Positions 39,332 through 47,532 of a DNA stretch of 47,532 bases are shown piece by piece. The translations under genes and the position numbers were made by a program. Source of the stretch: a virus (Duplodnaviria; Heunggongvirae; Uroviricota; Caudoviricetes). The stretch is from IMG/VR virus record IMGVR_UViG_2690316161_000023, positions 1-47,532 of that record. One strand, 5' to 3'. The first letter of the stretch is position 1; each line of letters starts with the position of its first letter. The notes beneath the pieces were generated by a model. That model worked only from the letters and a program-made list of their open reading frames with translations. It did not search any database and had not been told where the DNA came from.

Positions 39332-39751
39332 ATGGAAAAAGAAAACGAAAAAATTGCCGCTAGTAGGCTCAATGACAAAATTGCAATGCGTCTTAAAGAG
39401 CGCAGGCAGAAGCTTGGTTTATCTCAAGGAAAACTTGCTGAAATCTGCGGATGGACGCAATCGCGTATAGGTAACTATGAGGCGGGCAGCAGAAATGTTG
39501 GAGTGCATGACGCTGTCATATTGGGAAAGGCACTTGGCATATCTCCTCCTGAGCTCCTCTTTGGAGAACAGGAATCTTCTGAATTGTGGTTAAATGAATC
39601 CCAACGAAAACTTCTTGAGTTGTTTAACCAGCTACCGGGCTCAGAACAACAACGAATGATTGAGCTATTTGAAGTCCGGCTAAAAGAAATCGATGAGTAT
39701 GTAGAAAAATATTTGAGAGGCAGGCTTAAAGATAATCCCCCACCGGAGTAA
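39332..39751 (+). CDS. Prophage repressor (XRE-family HTH, RacR-like)
   Basis: 139 aa with HTH (LGLSQGKLAEICGWTQSRIGNYE); divergent from the Cro-like gene. Confidence 0.65.
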   Translation: MEKENEKIAASRLNDKIAMRLKERRQKLGLSQGKLAEICGWTQSRIGNYEAGSRNVGVHDAVILGKALGISPPELLFGEQESSELWLNESQRKLLELFNQLPGSEQQRMIELFEVRLKEIDEYVEKYLRGRLKDNPPPE

Positions 39752-39781
39752 TGATCTTGCTATCACAGTAATATGCCAATC

Positions 39782-39806
39782 AGCCCGCTATCAGCGGGCT
39801 TTTTTG
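39782..39806 (+). terminator. Rho-independent terminator after the repressor gene
   Basis: agcccgc-tatca-gcgggct followed by tttttgt. Confidence 0.6.
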
Positions 39807-40056
39807 TACCATCATCATATGACACCCACCACAAAACACATTCCGTGTTGACACAAGAAAACGTATTGTGTTTAATAAGCATATCCAAACAACGCCCCAC
39901 CAGAGAACGGCAGGACAATACCTCGAGTTATCCAGCCACTGAACAGGGCTAAGTAGCCAGCCTGAGGCATACGAACATGACGGCAGTTGTTGATTGATAC
40001 AAAGCGCAGTAGATAAAACGTTCCGCCACCCGGCGTTAAGGGGAAATGAGGTCAAC

Positions 40057-40209
40057 ATGGATACTATCGATCTTGGCAACAACGAATCTCTGGTATGTGG
40101 CGTGTTTCCCAATCAGGACGGCACATTCACCGCCATGACGTATACCAAAAGCAAAACGTTTAAAACCGAAGCTGGCGCACGTCGCTGGCTTGCCAGAAAT
40201 ACTTGCTAA
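40057..40209 (+). CDS. Small early protein (YdaF-like)
   Basis: 50 aa from internal ATG with RBS gagg; MDTIDLGNNESLV... Confidence 0.4.
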   Translation: MDTIDLGNNESLVCGVFPNQDGTFTAMTYTKSKTFKTEAGARRWLARNTC

Positions 40210-40617
40210 TCCATTATTTGGATTAATTCAATATTCTCGCTGTAGGGGTATAGCAGAAACCACCAAAGCCCGGAGGTGGTGAAATAAAACCGGGCACAAC
40301 ACGAAGGCGCATTTCCGATATCCATAAAGAGTCGGTCTTGTCTGTTAAATTTAAATGGTGGGAGTGCGCCTCCGGTTGTAAATAACGACATTGCTATGTG
40401 TAGTCTTTGGCGGCATCAGTTCTACTCCGTGGCTGCCCTGCCGCCCCTTTTTAAAGTGAATTTTGTGATGCGGTGAATGCGGCTAAGCGCACGCGGCACA
40501 GTTAAAAGCATCAGTGTTATGGGTGGATTATCCGGCGTTAATTGTTAACTGGTTAACGTCACCTGGAGGCACCAGGCACCGCATCGACAAAATTCATTTG
40601 TAAAAATGGAGATAATT

Positions 40618-40839
40618 ATGATTGCTCATCACTTCGGAACTGATGAAATACCACGTCAGTGTGTGACCCCTGGCGATTATGTTCTTCATGAAGGTCGGAC
40701 ATATATCGCCTCGGCAAACAATATTAAAAAGCGAAAACTTTATATTCGTAGCCTGACTACAAAAACATGCATTTCTGACTGCATGATTAAAGTCTTCCTC
40801 GGTCGTGATGGTTTACCTGTAAAGGCGGAGTCATGGTAA
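40618..40839 (+). CDS. kilR: KilR-like killing protein (cell-division inhibitor)
   Basis: 73 aa [29 protein letters not shown]... matching recalled Rac KilR; start at internal ATG with RBS ggag. Confidence 0.65.
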   Translation: MIAHHFGTDEIPRQCVTPGDYVLHEGRTYIASANNIKKRKLYIRSLTTKTCISDCMIKVFLGRDGLPVKAESW

Positions 40840-41009
40840 TGACTAAGAAAATAAAATGTGCTTATCACCTTTGCAATAAAGAAATTGAAGAAAGCAAAAT
40901 CATTACAAGACCACTTCATTTCATGCGTGGAGTTATACCAACGACGGAAATGAAAAAATATTGTAGTGAAATCTGTGCCGAAAAAGACCAGATGGCACAC
41001 GAACTTTAA
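40839..41009 (+). CDS. Small Cys-rich protein (YdaE-like)
   Basis: 56-aa ORF below the ORF-track size cut-off, found by eye; start overlaps the kilR stop. Confidence 0.4.
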   Translation: MTKKIKCAYHLCNKEIEESKIITRPLHFMRGVIPTTEMKKYCSEICAEKDQMAHEL

Positions 41010-41083
41010 TTAACTGACTATCCGAAACTGAATTTATGCCAGCAATGGCAGGGATTCGCTCAACCTTAATTAAGGAGAAAAAC

Positions 41084-41359
41084 ATGATTACCAGTTATGA
41101 AGCCACTGTTGTTACTACTGATGACATTGTTCACGAAGTTACCCTGGAAGGAAAGCGTATTGGCTACGTGATTAAGACAGAAAATAAAGAAACCCCATTC
41201 ACTGTGGTTGATATCGACGGTCCATCAGGCAACGTTAAAACACTTAACGATGGTGTTAAAAAAATGTGTCTGGTGCACATAGGAAAGAATCTGCCCGCAG
41301 AAAAAAAAGCCGAATTTCTGGCAACTCTGATTGCAATGAAATTAAAAGGTGAAATCTGA
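41084..41359 (+). CDS. RacC-like small protein
   Basis: 91 aa from internal ATG with RBS aaggag; directly upstream of recE. Confidence 0.45.
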   Translation: MITSYEATVVTTDDIVHEVTLEGKRIGYVIKTENKETPFTVVDIDGPSGNVKTLNDGVKKMCLVHIGKNLPAEKKAEFLATLIAMKLKGEI

Positions 41360-41458
41360 AAAAAAGAAAGCCTGCACACTGTGCAGGCCTGAGTGAAGAA
41401 CCTGGGACATTTATTCATCACTCGCATTAATTTTAATCTGAGTTGAGGTTAAAAAGCA

Positions 41459-44134
41459 ATGAGCACCGATAAACAAGTTTACCCACTGTATTACGAAGCA
41501 AAAAATGACAAAGTAAGAAAACGTCTCGGTATTAAAGGCGGTTTCTACTGGGCTGAAGCGAAAAAATTATCCATTGCCATCTCCCGTGGTGCTGTTGCGA
41601 TTGACGATGCTGGCTACGATGAAGATGACTTTAAAAAACCTGTTCGCGTCAATTTGCCCGTTGTTGATGACCTTCCACCAGAAGGCGTATTTGATACGGA
41701 ATTCTGCAACCGTTACGAAAAAGGCGGGGAAGATGGCATCACAATGGTATTTATCGCGCCCTCATCCTCTGCGCAGGACAAGCCAGCCAGCACTGACAAT
41801 ACCAATGTTAATGGCGAAGACATGACGGAGATTGAGGAGAATATGCTACTCCCGATTTCCGGTCAGGAGCTGCCCATTCGCTGGCTTGCTCAACACGGCA
41901 GCGAAAAACCGGTAACGCACGTTTCACGCAACGAACTACAGGCATTACACATTGCACGAGCTGAAGAACTACCAGCTGTTACTGCCCTGGCTGTTTCCCA
42001 CAAAACCAGCCTGCTCGACCCGCTGGAAATTCGCGATCTCCACAAACTGGTGCGTGATACTGACAGAGTTTTCCCTAATCCAGGCAATTCAAGCCTGGGG
42101 CTGATGACTGCTTTTTTCGAAGCATACCTGGACGCAGACTACACCGATCGCGGTCTGCTGACAAAAGAGTGGATGAAAGGAAACCGTGTTTCACGCATCA
42201 CGCGCACGGCTTCCGGCGCTAATGCTGGCGGCGGGAACCTCACCGATCGCGGCGAAGGTTTCATTCACGATCTGACGTCACTGGCGCGCGACGTAGCCAC
42301 TGGCGTACTGGCTCGTTCAATGGACGTGGACATTTATAACCTTCATCCGGCACACGCTAAACGTGTCGAGGAAATTATCGCTGAAAATAAACCGCCCTTT
42401 TCTGTTTTCCGCGACAAATTCATCACCATGCCTGGCGGGCTGGATTATTCCCGCGCCATCGTGGTTGCGTCCGTAAAAGAAGCACCAATTGGGATCGAGG
42501 TTATCCCCGCACACGTCACTGAATATCTTAACAAAGTACTGACTGAAACTGATCATGCCAACCCTGATCCAGAAATCGTGGATATTGCCTGCGGTCGTTC
42601 CTCTGCCCCGATGCCGCAGCGTGTAACAGAAGAAGAAAAACAGGATGATGAAGAAAAACTGCAACCATCTTGCGCAATGGCAGATGAACAGGCAACGGCT
42701 GAAACAGTGGAACCGGATGCAACTGAACATCATCAGGACACGCAGCCGCTGGATGCTCAGTCACAGGTAAATTCTGTTGATGCGAAATATCAGAAACTGC
42801 GGGCAGAACTCTATGAAGCCCGGAAAAACATTCCGCCCAAAAATCCTGTCGATGCAGACAAATTACTGGCTGCCTCTCGCGGAGAATTTGTTGAAGGGAT
42901 TAGCGACCCGAATGATCCGAAATGGGTTAAGGGAATTGAAACCCGAGATTCTGTGAACCAGAACCAGCCCAAATCGGAACAAAACAACCAGAAAGCGGAA
43001 CAAAACAGCCAAAATGCACAGAAAAATGAGCCAGAAACGAAACAATCTGAACCAGTAGCGCAACAGGAACCGGAAAAAGTCTGTGCCGCCCGCGGTCAGA
43101 GCGGTGGCGGCAACTGCCCTGATTGTGGCGCGGTGATGGGCGACACCACATATCAGGAAACCTTTAATGAAGAAAATCTGGATGAATCTCAGGAAAAAGA
43201 TCCGGAGGAAATGGAAGGCCCTGAACATCCGCACAATGAGAATGCTGGCAGCGATCCGCATCGCGATTGCAGTGATGAAACTGGCGAAGTCGCAGATCCC
43301 GTAATCGCAGGAGACATAGAGCCTGGTATTTATTACGGAATTTCGAATGAGAATTACCACGCGGGTCCCGGTGTCAGTAAGTCTCAGCTCGACGACATTG
43401 CTGATACTCCGGCTCTGTATTTGTGGCGTAAAAATGCCCCAGCGGACACCACAAAGACAAAAACGCTCGATTTAGGAACCGCTTTCCACTGCCGTGTACT
43501 TGAACCGGAAGAATTCAGTAACCGCTTTATCGTGGCACCTGAATTTAACCGCCGTACAACCGCCGGAAAAGAAGAGGAGAAAGCGTTTCTGATGGAATGC
43601 GCAAGCACAGGAAAAACGGTTATCACTGCCGAAGAAGGCCGGAAAATTGAACTCATGTATCAGAGCGTTATGGCTTTGCCGCTGGGTCAATGGCTTGTTG
43701 AAAGCGCCGGACACGCTGAATCATCAATTTACTGGGAAGATCCTGAAACAGGAATTTTGTGTCGGTGCCGTCCGGACAAAATTATCCCTGAATTTCACTG
43801 GATCATGGACGTGAAAACCACAGCGGATATTCAACGATTCAAAACGGCTTATTACGACTACCGCTATCACGTTCAGGATGCATTCTACAGTGACGGTTAT
43901 GAAGCACAGTTTGGTGTGCTGCCAACTTTCGTTTTTCTGGTTGCCAGCACAACTGTTGAATGCGGACGTTACCCGGTTGAGATTTTCATGATGGGCGAAG
44001 AAGCAAAACTGGCAGGCCAGCAGGAATATCACCGCAATCTGAGGACCCTGGCTGACTGCCTGAATACCGATGAATGGCCAGCTATTAAAACGTTATCACT
44101 GCCCCGCTGGGCTAAGGAGTATGCAAATGACTAA
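41459..44134 (+). CDS. recE: Exodeoxyribonuclease VIII (RecE)
   Basis: 891 aa; C-terminal nuclease domain; overlaps and precedes recT. Confidence 0.8.
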   Translation: MSTDKQVYPLYYEAKNDKVRKRLGIKGGFYWAEAKKLSIAISRGAVAIDDAGYDEDDFKKPVRVNLPVVDDLPPEGVFDTEFCNRYEKGGEDGITMVFIAPSSSAQDKPASTDNTNVNGEDMTEIEENMLLPISGQELPIRWLAQHGSEKPVTHVSRNELQALHIARAEELPAVTALAVSHKTSLLDPLEIRDLHKLVRDTDRVFPNPGNSSLGLMTAFFEAYLDADYTDRGLLTKEWMKGNRVSRITRTASGANAGGGNLTDRGEGFIHDLTSLARDVATGVLARSMDVDIYNLHPAHAKRVEEIIAENKPPFSVFRDKFITMPGGLDYSRAIVVASVKEAPIGIEVIPAHVTEYLNKVLTETDHANPDPEIVDIACGRSSAPMPQRVTEEEKQDDEEKLQPSCAMADEQATAETVEPDATEHHQDTQPLDAQSQVNSVDAKYQKLRAELYEARKNIPPKNPVDADKLLAASRGEFVEGISDPNDPKWVKGIETRDSVNQNQPKSEQNNQKAEQNSQNAQKNEPETKQSEPVAQQEPEKVCAARGQSGGGNCPDCGAVMGDTTYQETFNEENLDESQEKDPEEMEGPEHPHNENAGSDPHRDCSDETGEVADPVIAGDIEPGIYYGISNENYHAGPGVSKSQLDDIADTPALYLWRKNAPADTTKTKTLDLGTAFHCRVLEPEEFSNRFIVAPEFNRRTTAGKEEEKAFLMECASTGKTVITAEEGRKIELMYQSVMALPLGQWLVESAGHAESSIYWEDPETGILCRCRPDKIIPEFHWIMDVKTTADIQRFKTAYYDYRYHVQDAFYSDGYEAQFGVLPTFVFLVASTTVECGRYPVEIFMMGEEAKLAGQQEYHRNLRTLADCLNTDEWPAIKTLSLPRWAKEYAND

Positions 44135-44936
44135 GCAACCACCTATCGCAAAAGCCGATCTGCAAAAAACCCAGGGAAACCGTGCACCAGCAGCAGTAAA
44201 AAATAACGACGTGATCAGCTTTATTAATCAGCCATCAATGAAAGAGCAACTGGCAGCAGCTCTCCCACGCCATATGACGGCTGAACGAATGATACGTATC
44301 GCCACCACAGAAATTCGTAAGGTTCCGGCGCTAGGAAACTGTGACACCATGAGTTTTGTCAGTGCGATCGTTCAGTGTTCACAGCTCGGCCTTGAGCCAG
44401 GTAGCGCCCTCGGCCACGCATATTTACTGCCTTTTGGTAATAAAAACGAAAAGAGCGGTAAAAAGAACGTTCAGCTAATCATTGGTTATCGCGGCATGAT
44501 TGATCTGGCTCGCCGTTCTGGTCAAATCGCCAGCCTGTCAGCCCGTGTTGTCCGTGAAGGTGACGAGTTTAGTTTTGAATTTGGCCTTGATGAAAAGTTA
44601 ATACACCGCCCGGGAGAAAACGAAGATGCACCAGTGACCCACGTCTATGCTGTCGCAAGACTGAAAGACGGAGGGACTCAGTTTGAAGTTATGACGCGCA
44701 AACAGATTGAACTGGTGCGCAGCCAGAGTAAGGCTGGTAATAACGGGCCATGGGTAACTCACTGGGAAGAAATGGCAAAAAAAACGGCTATTCGTCGCCT
44801 GTTTAAATACCTGCCTGTCTCAATTGAAATCCAGCGTGCAGTATCAATGGATGAAAAGGAACCACTGACAATCGATCCGGCAGACTCCTCTGTATTAACC
44901 GGGGAATACAGTGTAATCGATAATTCAGAAGAATAA
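44127..44936 (+). CDS. recT: RecT single-strand annealing protein
   Basis: 269 aa from internal ATG ([17 protein letters not shown]...). Confidence 0.85.
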   Translation: MTKQPPIAKADLQKTQGNRAPAAVKNNDVISFINQPSMKEQLAAALPRHMTAERMIRIATTEIRKVPALGNCDTMSFVSAIVQCSQLGLEPGSALGHAYLLPFGNKNEKSGKKNVQLIIGYRGMIDLARRSGQIASLSARVVREGDEFSFEFGLDEKLIHRPGENEDAPVTHVYAVARLKDGGTQFEVMTRKQIELVRSQSKAGNNGPWVTHWEEMAKKTAIRRLFKYLPVSIEIQRAVSMDEKEPLTIDPADSSVLTGEYSVIDNSEE

Positions 44937-44980
44937 TTCAGCCTGGCGGTGTAATGCACCGCCAACGTGAGACAGTTTTT

Positions 44981-45187
44981 ATGACAAAAATTATGAGATA
45001 TGACGATGTTAAACCATGTCCGTTTTGTGGTTGTCCATCTGTTACGGTGAAAGCAATTTCAGGATATTACCGGGCAAAATGCAACGGATGCGAATCCCGA
45101 ACTGGCTATGGTGGAAGTGAAAAAGAAGCACTCGAAAGATGGAATAAACGAACTACTGGAAATAATAATGGAGGTGTTCATGTATAA
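44981..45187 (+). CDS. ralR: Restriction alleviation protein (Lar/RalR-like)
   Basis: CPFCGC...CNGC zinc-ribbon-like motifs; start taken at MTKIMRY. Confidence 0.55.
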   Translation: MTKIMRYDDVKPCPFCGCPSVTVKAISGYYRAKCNGCESRTGYGGSEKEALERWNKRTTGNNNGGVHV

Positions 45188-45368
45188 AATTACTGCCACT
45201 ATTGAAAAGGAAGGTGGCACTCCTACTAACTGGACAAGATATTCAAAATCTAAATTAACGAAATCAGAATGCGAAAAAATGCTCTCAGGGAAAAAAGAAG
45301 CAGGCGTTTCCAGAGAGCAGAAAGTAAAGCTGATAAATTTTAATTGCGAGAAACTTCTGTCCTCGTGA
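45180..45368 (+). CDS. Small protein (YdaC/RcbA-like)
   Basis: 62 aa from ATG preceded by RBS ggaggtg. Confidence 0.4.
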   Translation: MYKITATIEKEGGTPTNWTRYSKSKLTKSECEKMLSGKKEAGVSREQKVKLINFNCEKLLSS

Positions 45369-45468
45369 GTTGCATTATATACAAATTAGAACTTCATAGC
45401 TGATTATTAAAAATCAACCACATCCGCCAGTATTCTGTATATTTACTGGCGGTCATATCGTAAGAGGT

Positions 45469-45756
45469 ATGGCAATGAATCTTGTGACACTCAAAACGTG
45501 GGGAAAACTCAGATATCCGGATAACCCACCATCAATATCAACGCTGAGACGATGGGCAAGGAATGGAAACATTTATCCTGCACCTGAACTACACGGGAGG
45601 AGTTACAGGGTGGTTCCGGAGGCTTTCTATATCAACCCAAATAAGGTTGATACCGATATAACACACCATCAGCCTAATGGGCGACAAGGGAGAGACAGTC
45701 CGTTACTGGAGAAGTTAAAACATGCAGCGGAAAAAATACGATCCCAATTTGCCTAA
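45469..45756 (+). CDS. Excisionase-like protein
   Basis: Small basic protein immediately upstream of and overlapping the integrase gene. Confidence 0.55.
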   Translation: MAMNLVTLKTWGKLRYPDNPPSISTLRRWARNGNIYPAPELHGRSYRVVPEAFYINPNKVDTDITHHQPNGRQGRDSPLLEKLKHAAEKIRSQFA

Positions 45757-46798
45757 AAACTTAACATATCGAAGGAGGGACAAAGCATATTACTGGCGCA
45801 ACCCTCTGACGAAAGAAGAATTTACACTAGGTAAAATTTCAAGAAGAGATGCAGTAGCGCAGGCAATTGAAGCAAATCATTATATATACAAAAACTACTC
45901 TCCTGCTGCCTTAATTGAAAAGCTTAAAGGGTTCGACTCATTTACTATGGCAGACTGGATTGAACGTTACAAAACGATTCTTATAAGGAGAAAAGTGTCC
46001 AGAAATACTTATAAAATTCGGGTAAATCAACTGGAGACAATAAAAGAAAAATTGGGGGAAATTTTACTGACAGAAATAACCACTCGCCATATTGCCGAGT
46101 TTCTTGATTTGTGGATTGAAGGAGGGAAAAACACAATGGCAGGATCAATGCGTTCTGTGTTGTCTGATATGTTTCGTGAGGCCATTGTTGATGGACGTAT
46201 ATCTCAAAATCCAGTAACGCCAACAAGAGCACCGAAAATAGTAGTTACAAGAGAACGACTGAAACTAAAGACATACAACTGCATCAGGGAGGCAGCAGAT
46301 CAACTTCCGGCATGGTTCCCATTAGCTATGGATTTAGCCCTTGTAACAGGACAACGTCGCGAAGACATAACGAATATGCGCTTTAGTGATATTTATGATG
46401 ATCGTCTCCACATCAGGCAAATTAAGACAGGAATGATGATTGCTATCCCCCTGTCACTCAGCCTTCCTGTCGCTGGTCTACGGCTTGGTACAGTAGTTGA
46501 ACAGTGCCGCCTGGTAAGCCGGGGAGATTATCTAATCAGTGCCGGGATTAGAAAAAACAGCCCTGACGGCAGCATTCACCCGGATGGCCTGACAAAAAAA
46601 TTTGTCGCAGCCAGAAAATTAACAGGTATCCAGTTCAGTGAAAACCCACCAACTTTTCACGAGATCAGAAGTCTGGCTGGACGATTGTACAAAGAAACAT
46701 GTGGAGAAGAATTTGCTCAGCGTCTACTTGGCCACACATCGGAGAAGACAACAAAAATGTATCTTGATGAGAGAGAAAAAACGTACTTACTACTCTGA
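45722..46798 (+). CDS. Tyrosine integrase (lambda Int family)
   Basis: 358 aa; lambda-Int-like N-terminus ([25 protein letters not shown]) and C-terminal catalytic region (...[15 protein letters not shown]); adjacent to the att repeat. Confidence 0.85.
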   Translation: MQRKKYDPNLPKNLTYRRRDKAYYWRNPLTKEEFTLGKISRRDAVAQAIEANHYIYKNYSPAALIEKLKGFDSFTMADWIERYKTILIRRKVSRNTYKIRVNQLETIKEKLGEILLTEITTRHIAEFLDLWIEGGKNTMAGSMRSVLSDMFREAIVDGRISQNPVTPTRAPKIVVTRERLKLKTYNCIREAADQLPAWFPLAMDLALVTGQRREDITNMRFSDIYDDRLHIRQIKTGMMIAIPLSLSLPVAGLRLGTVVEQCRLVSRGDYLISAGIRKNSPDGSIHPDGLTKKFVAARKLTGIQFSENPPTFHEIRSLAGRLYKETCGEEFAQRLLGHTSEKTTKMYLDEREKTYLLL

Positions 46799-46928
46799 TT
46801 TTAACGTAAATGGATTGTTAAATGTATTTTGGTTGTGATATAACCAAAAAAGACCGGAATACAGAAATTCGAGTAAATTTCGGGGAATTTCGGGAAGACG
46901 TTTGCAACTAATTGATTTTAAATACAAT

Positions 46929-46960
46929 TAAAAAAAGACCGAATACGATTCCTGTATTCG
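46929..46960. repeat. attL: core inside the sdsR terminator stem (core about 46937-46955)
   Basis: aaaaaaagaccgaatacgattcctgtattcgg, imperfect match to 1065-1098. Confidence 0.6.
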
Positions 46961-47032
46961 GTCCAGGGAAATGGCTCTTGGGAGAGAGCCGTGCGCTAAA
47001 AGTTGGCATTAATGCAGGCTTAGTTGCCTTGC
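46930..47032 (-). ncRNA. sdsR: sRNA SdsR (RyeB)
   Basis: Minus strand reads GCAAGGCAACTAAGCCTGCATTAATGCC...terminator hairpin and T-run, matching the recalled SdsR sequence. Confidence 0.65.
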
Positions 47033-47121
47033 CCTTTAAGAATAGATGACGACGCCAGGTTTTCCAGTTTGCGTGCAAAATGGTCAATAAAAAGCGTGGT
47101 GGTCATCAGCTGAAATGTTAA

Positions 47122-47160
47122 AAACCGCCCGTTCTGGTGAAAGAACTGAGGCGGTTTTTT
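47122..47160 (-). terminator. Hairpin terminator downstream of yebY
   Basis: Imperfect GC-rich hairpin flanked by A- and T-runs. Confidence 0.4.
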
Positions 47161-47190
47161 TATTGGAAATCAAAAGGCTATTTTAGGTAA

Positions 47191-47532
47191 TTAACAGAGT
47201 TTTTCAGCTCGTTCTATAAACGGTGCCAGACTCATTTTTTCGCCGGGATTGTTAGGATCATCAATCTGAATCACCGAAATGGGTTGGGCTTTAGTCTTCC
47301 CACTGGCAACTTCCTTTTGTGCGATATCGTTTAAAGGATACTGCACGAGGGTACTTGGGTTGATGACATACAAAGCATTACCCGGTCGGCAAGTCAGCAT
47401 CACCTCTTCGCGATTAAACGCCCATTTGTCTTTACCCACTTCAAAACGGCTGACGGTAATCACCTGCGGTGCAGCCAGCGCCGCTGCAGAACTGGTGAGT
47501 AACAGAAACGCCAGAATACTTTTTTTCATCAT
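47191..47532 (-). CDS. yebY: Conserved host protein YebY with N-terminal signal peptide
   Basis: 113 aa; signal peptide [20 protein letters not shown]; located next to sdsR. Confidence 0.65.
   Translation of the reverse strand: MMKKSILAFLLLTSSAAALAAPQVITVSRFEVGKDKWAFNREEVMLTCRPGNALYVINPSTLVQYPLNDIAQKEVASGKTKAQPISVIQIDDPNNPGEKMSLAPFIERAEKLC

Larger units (their letters stand above)
1075..46955. mobile_element. Rac-like prophage with contractile tail, ~45.9 kb, integrated at sdsR
   Basis: Bounded by imperfect direct repeats; integrase next to one repeat; full set of early, lysis, packaging, head and tail genes between them. Confidence 0.8.

Noticed and set aside
39780-40112. 110-aa minus-strand ORF downstream of the repressor gene
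   Set aside because: It overlaps the repressor terminator and the better-supported small plus-strand gene at 40057-40209, has no RBS context, and is likely spurious.
42317-43360. Minus-strand ORFs of 138 and 165 aa inside recE
   Set aside because: They are antisense to a well-supported long gene and have low-complexity composition; treated as ORF-finder artefacts.

Overview
The window is almost entirely one ~45.9 kb prophage (about 1075-46955) lying between host pphA (277-936) and the sRNA gene sdsR plus yebY (46930-47532). It is integrated into the 3' terminator stem of sdsR, with imperfect ~24-30 bp att repeats at both ends. The early region is Rac-like (int, xis, ralR, recT, recE, racC, kilR, repressor, Cro-like/YdaT-like pair, replication genes); the late region runs on the minus strand from a Q antiterminator through lysis, terminase, head and a contractile tail with baseplate, tail fibre and a Pin-like invertase. 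Three things stand out. (1) A low-GC two-gene module on the opposite strand (32825-34308), divergent from a hok toxin gene: an unrecognised 310-aa protein followed by a small membrane protein whose reading frame appears broken at an A-run. This is the best candidate for an undescribed abortive-infection or defence system. (2) An ~8.3 kb rearranged block (2006-10332): a ~4.16 kb unit (invertible fibre segment plus gp46-3'/J/gp48/fibre N-terminus) is present twice in tandem, with the invertible segment in opposite orientations, so both fibre variants are fused and co-oriented; the invertase itself is frameshifted. An assembly artefact must be excluded. (3) Smaller items: a low-GC lipoprotein gene inside the baseplate operon, a canonical -1 frameshift site in the tail chaperone, and repeated promoter/hairpin cassette units. 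All calls come from reading the sequence and ORF translations; no database search was run, and hand-derived coordinates for sites, repeats and RNAs may be off by a few bases.
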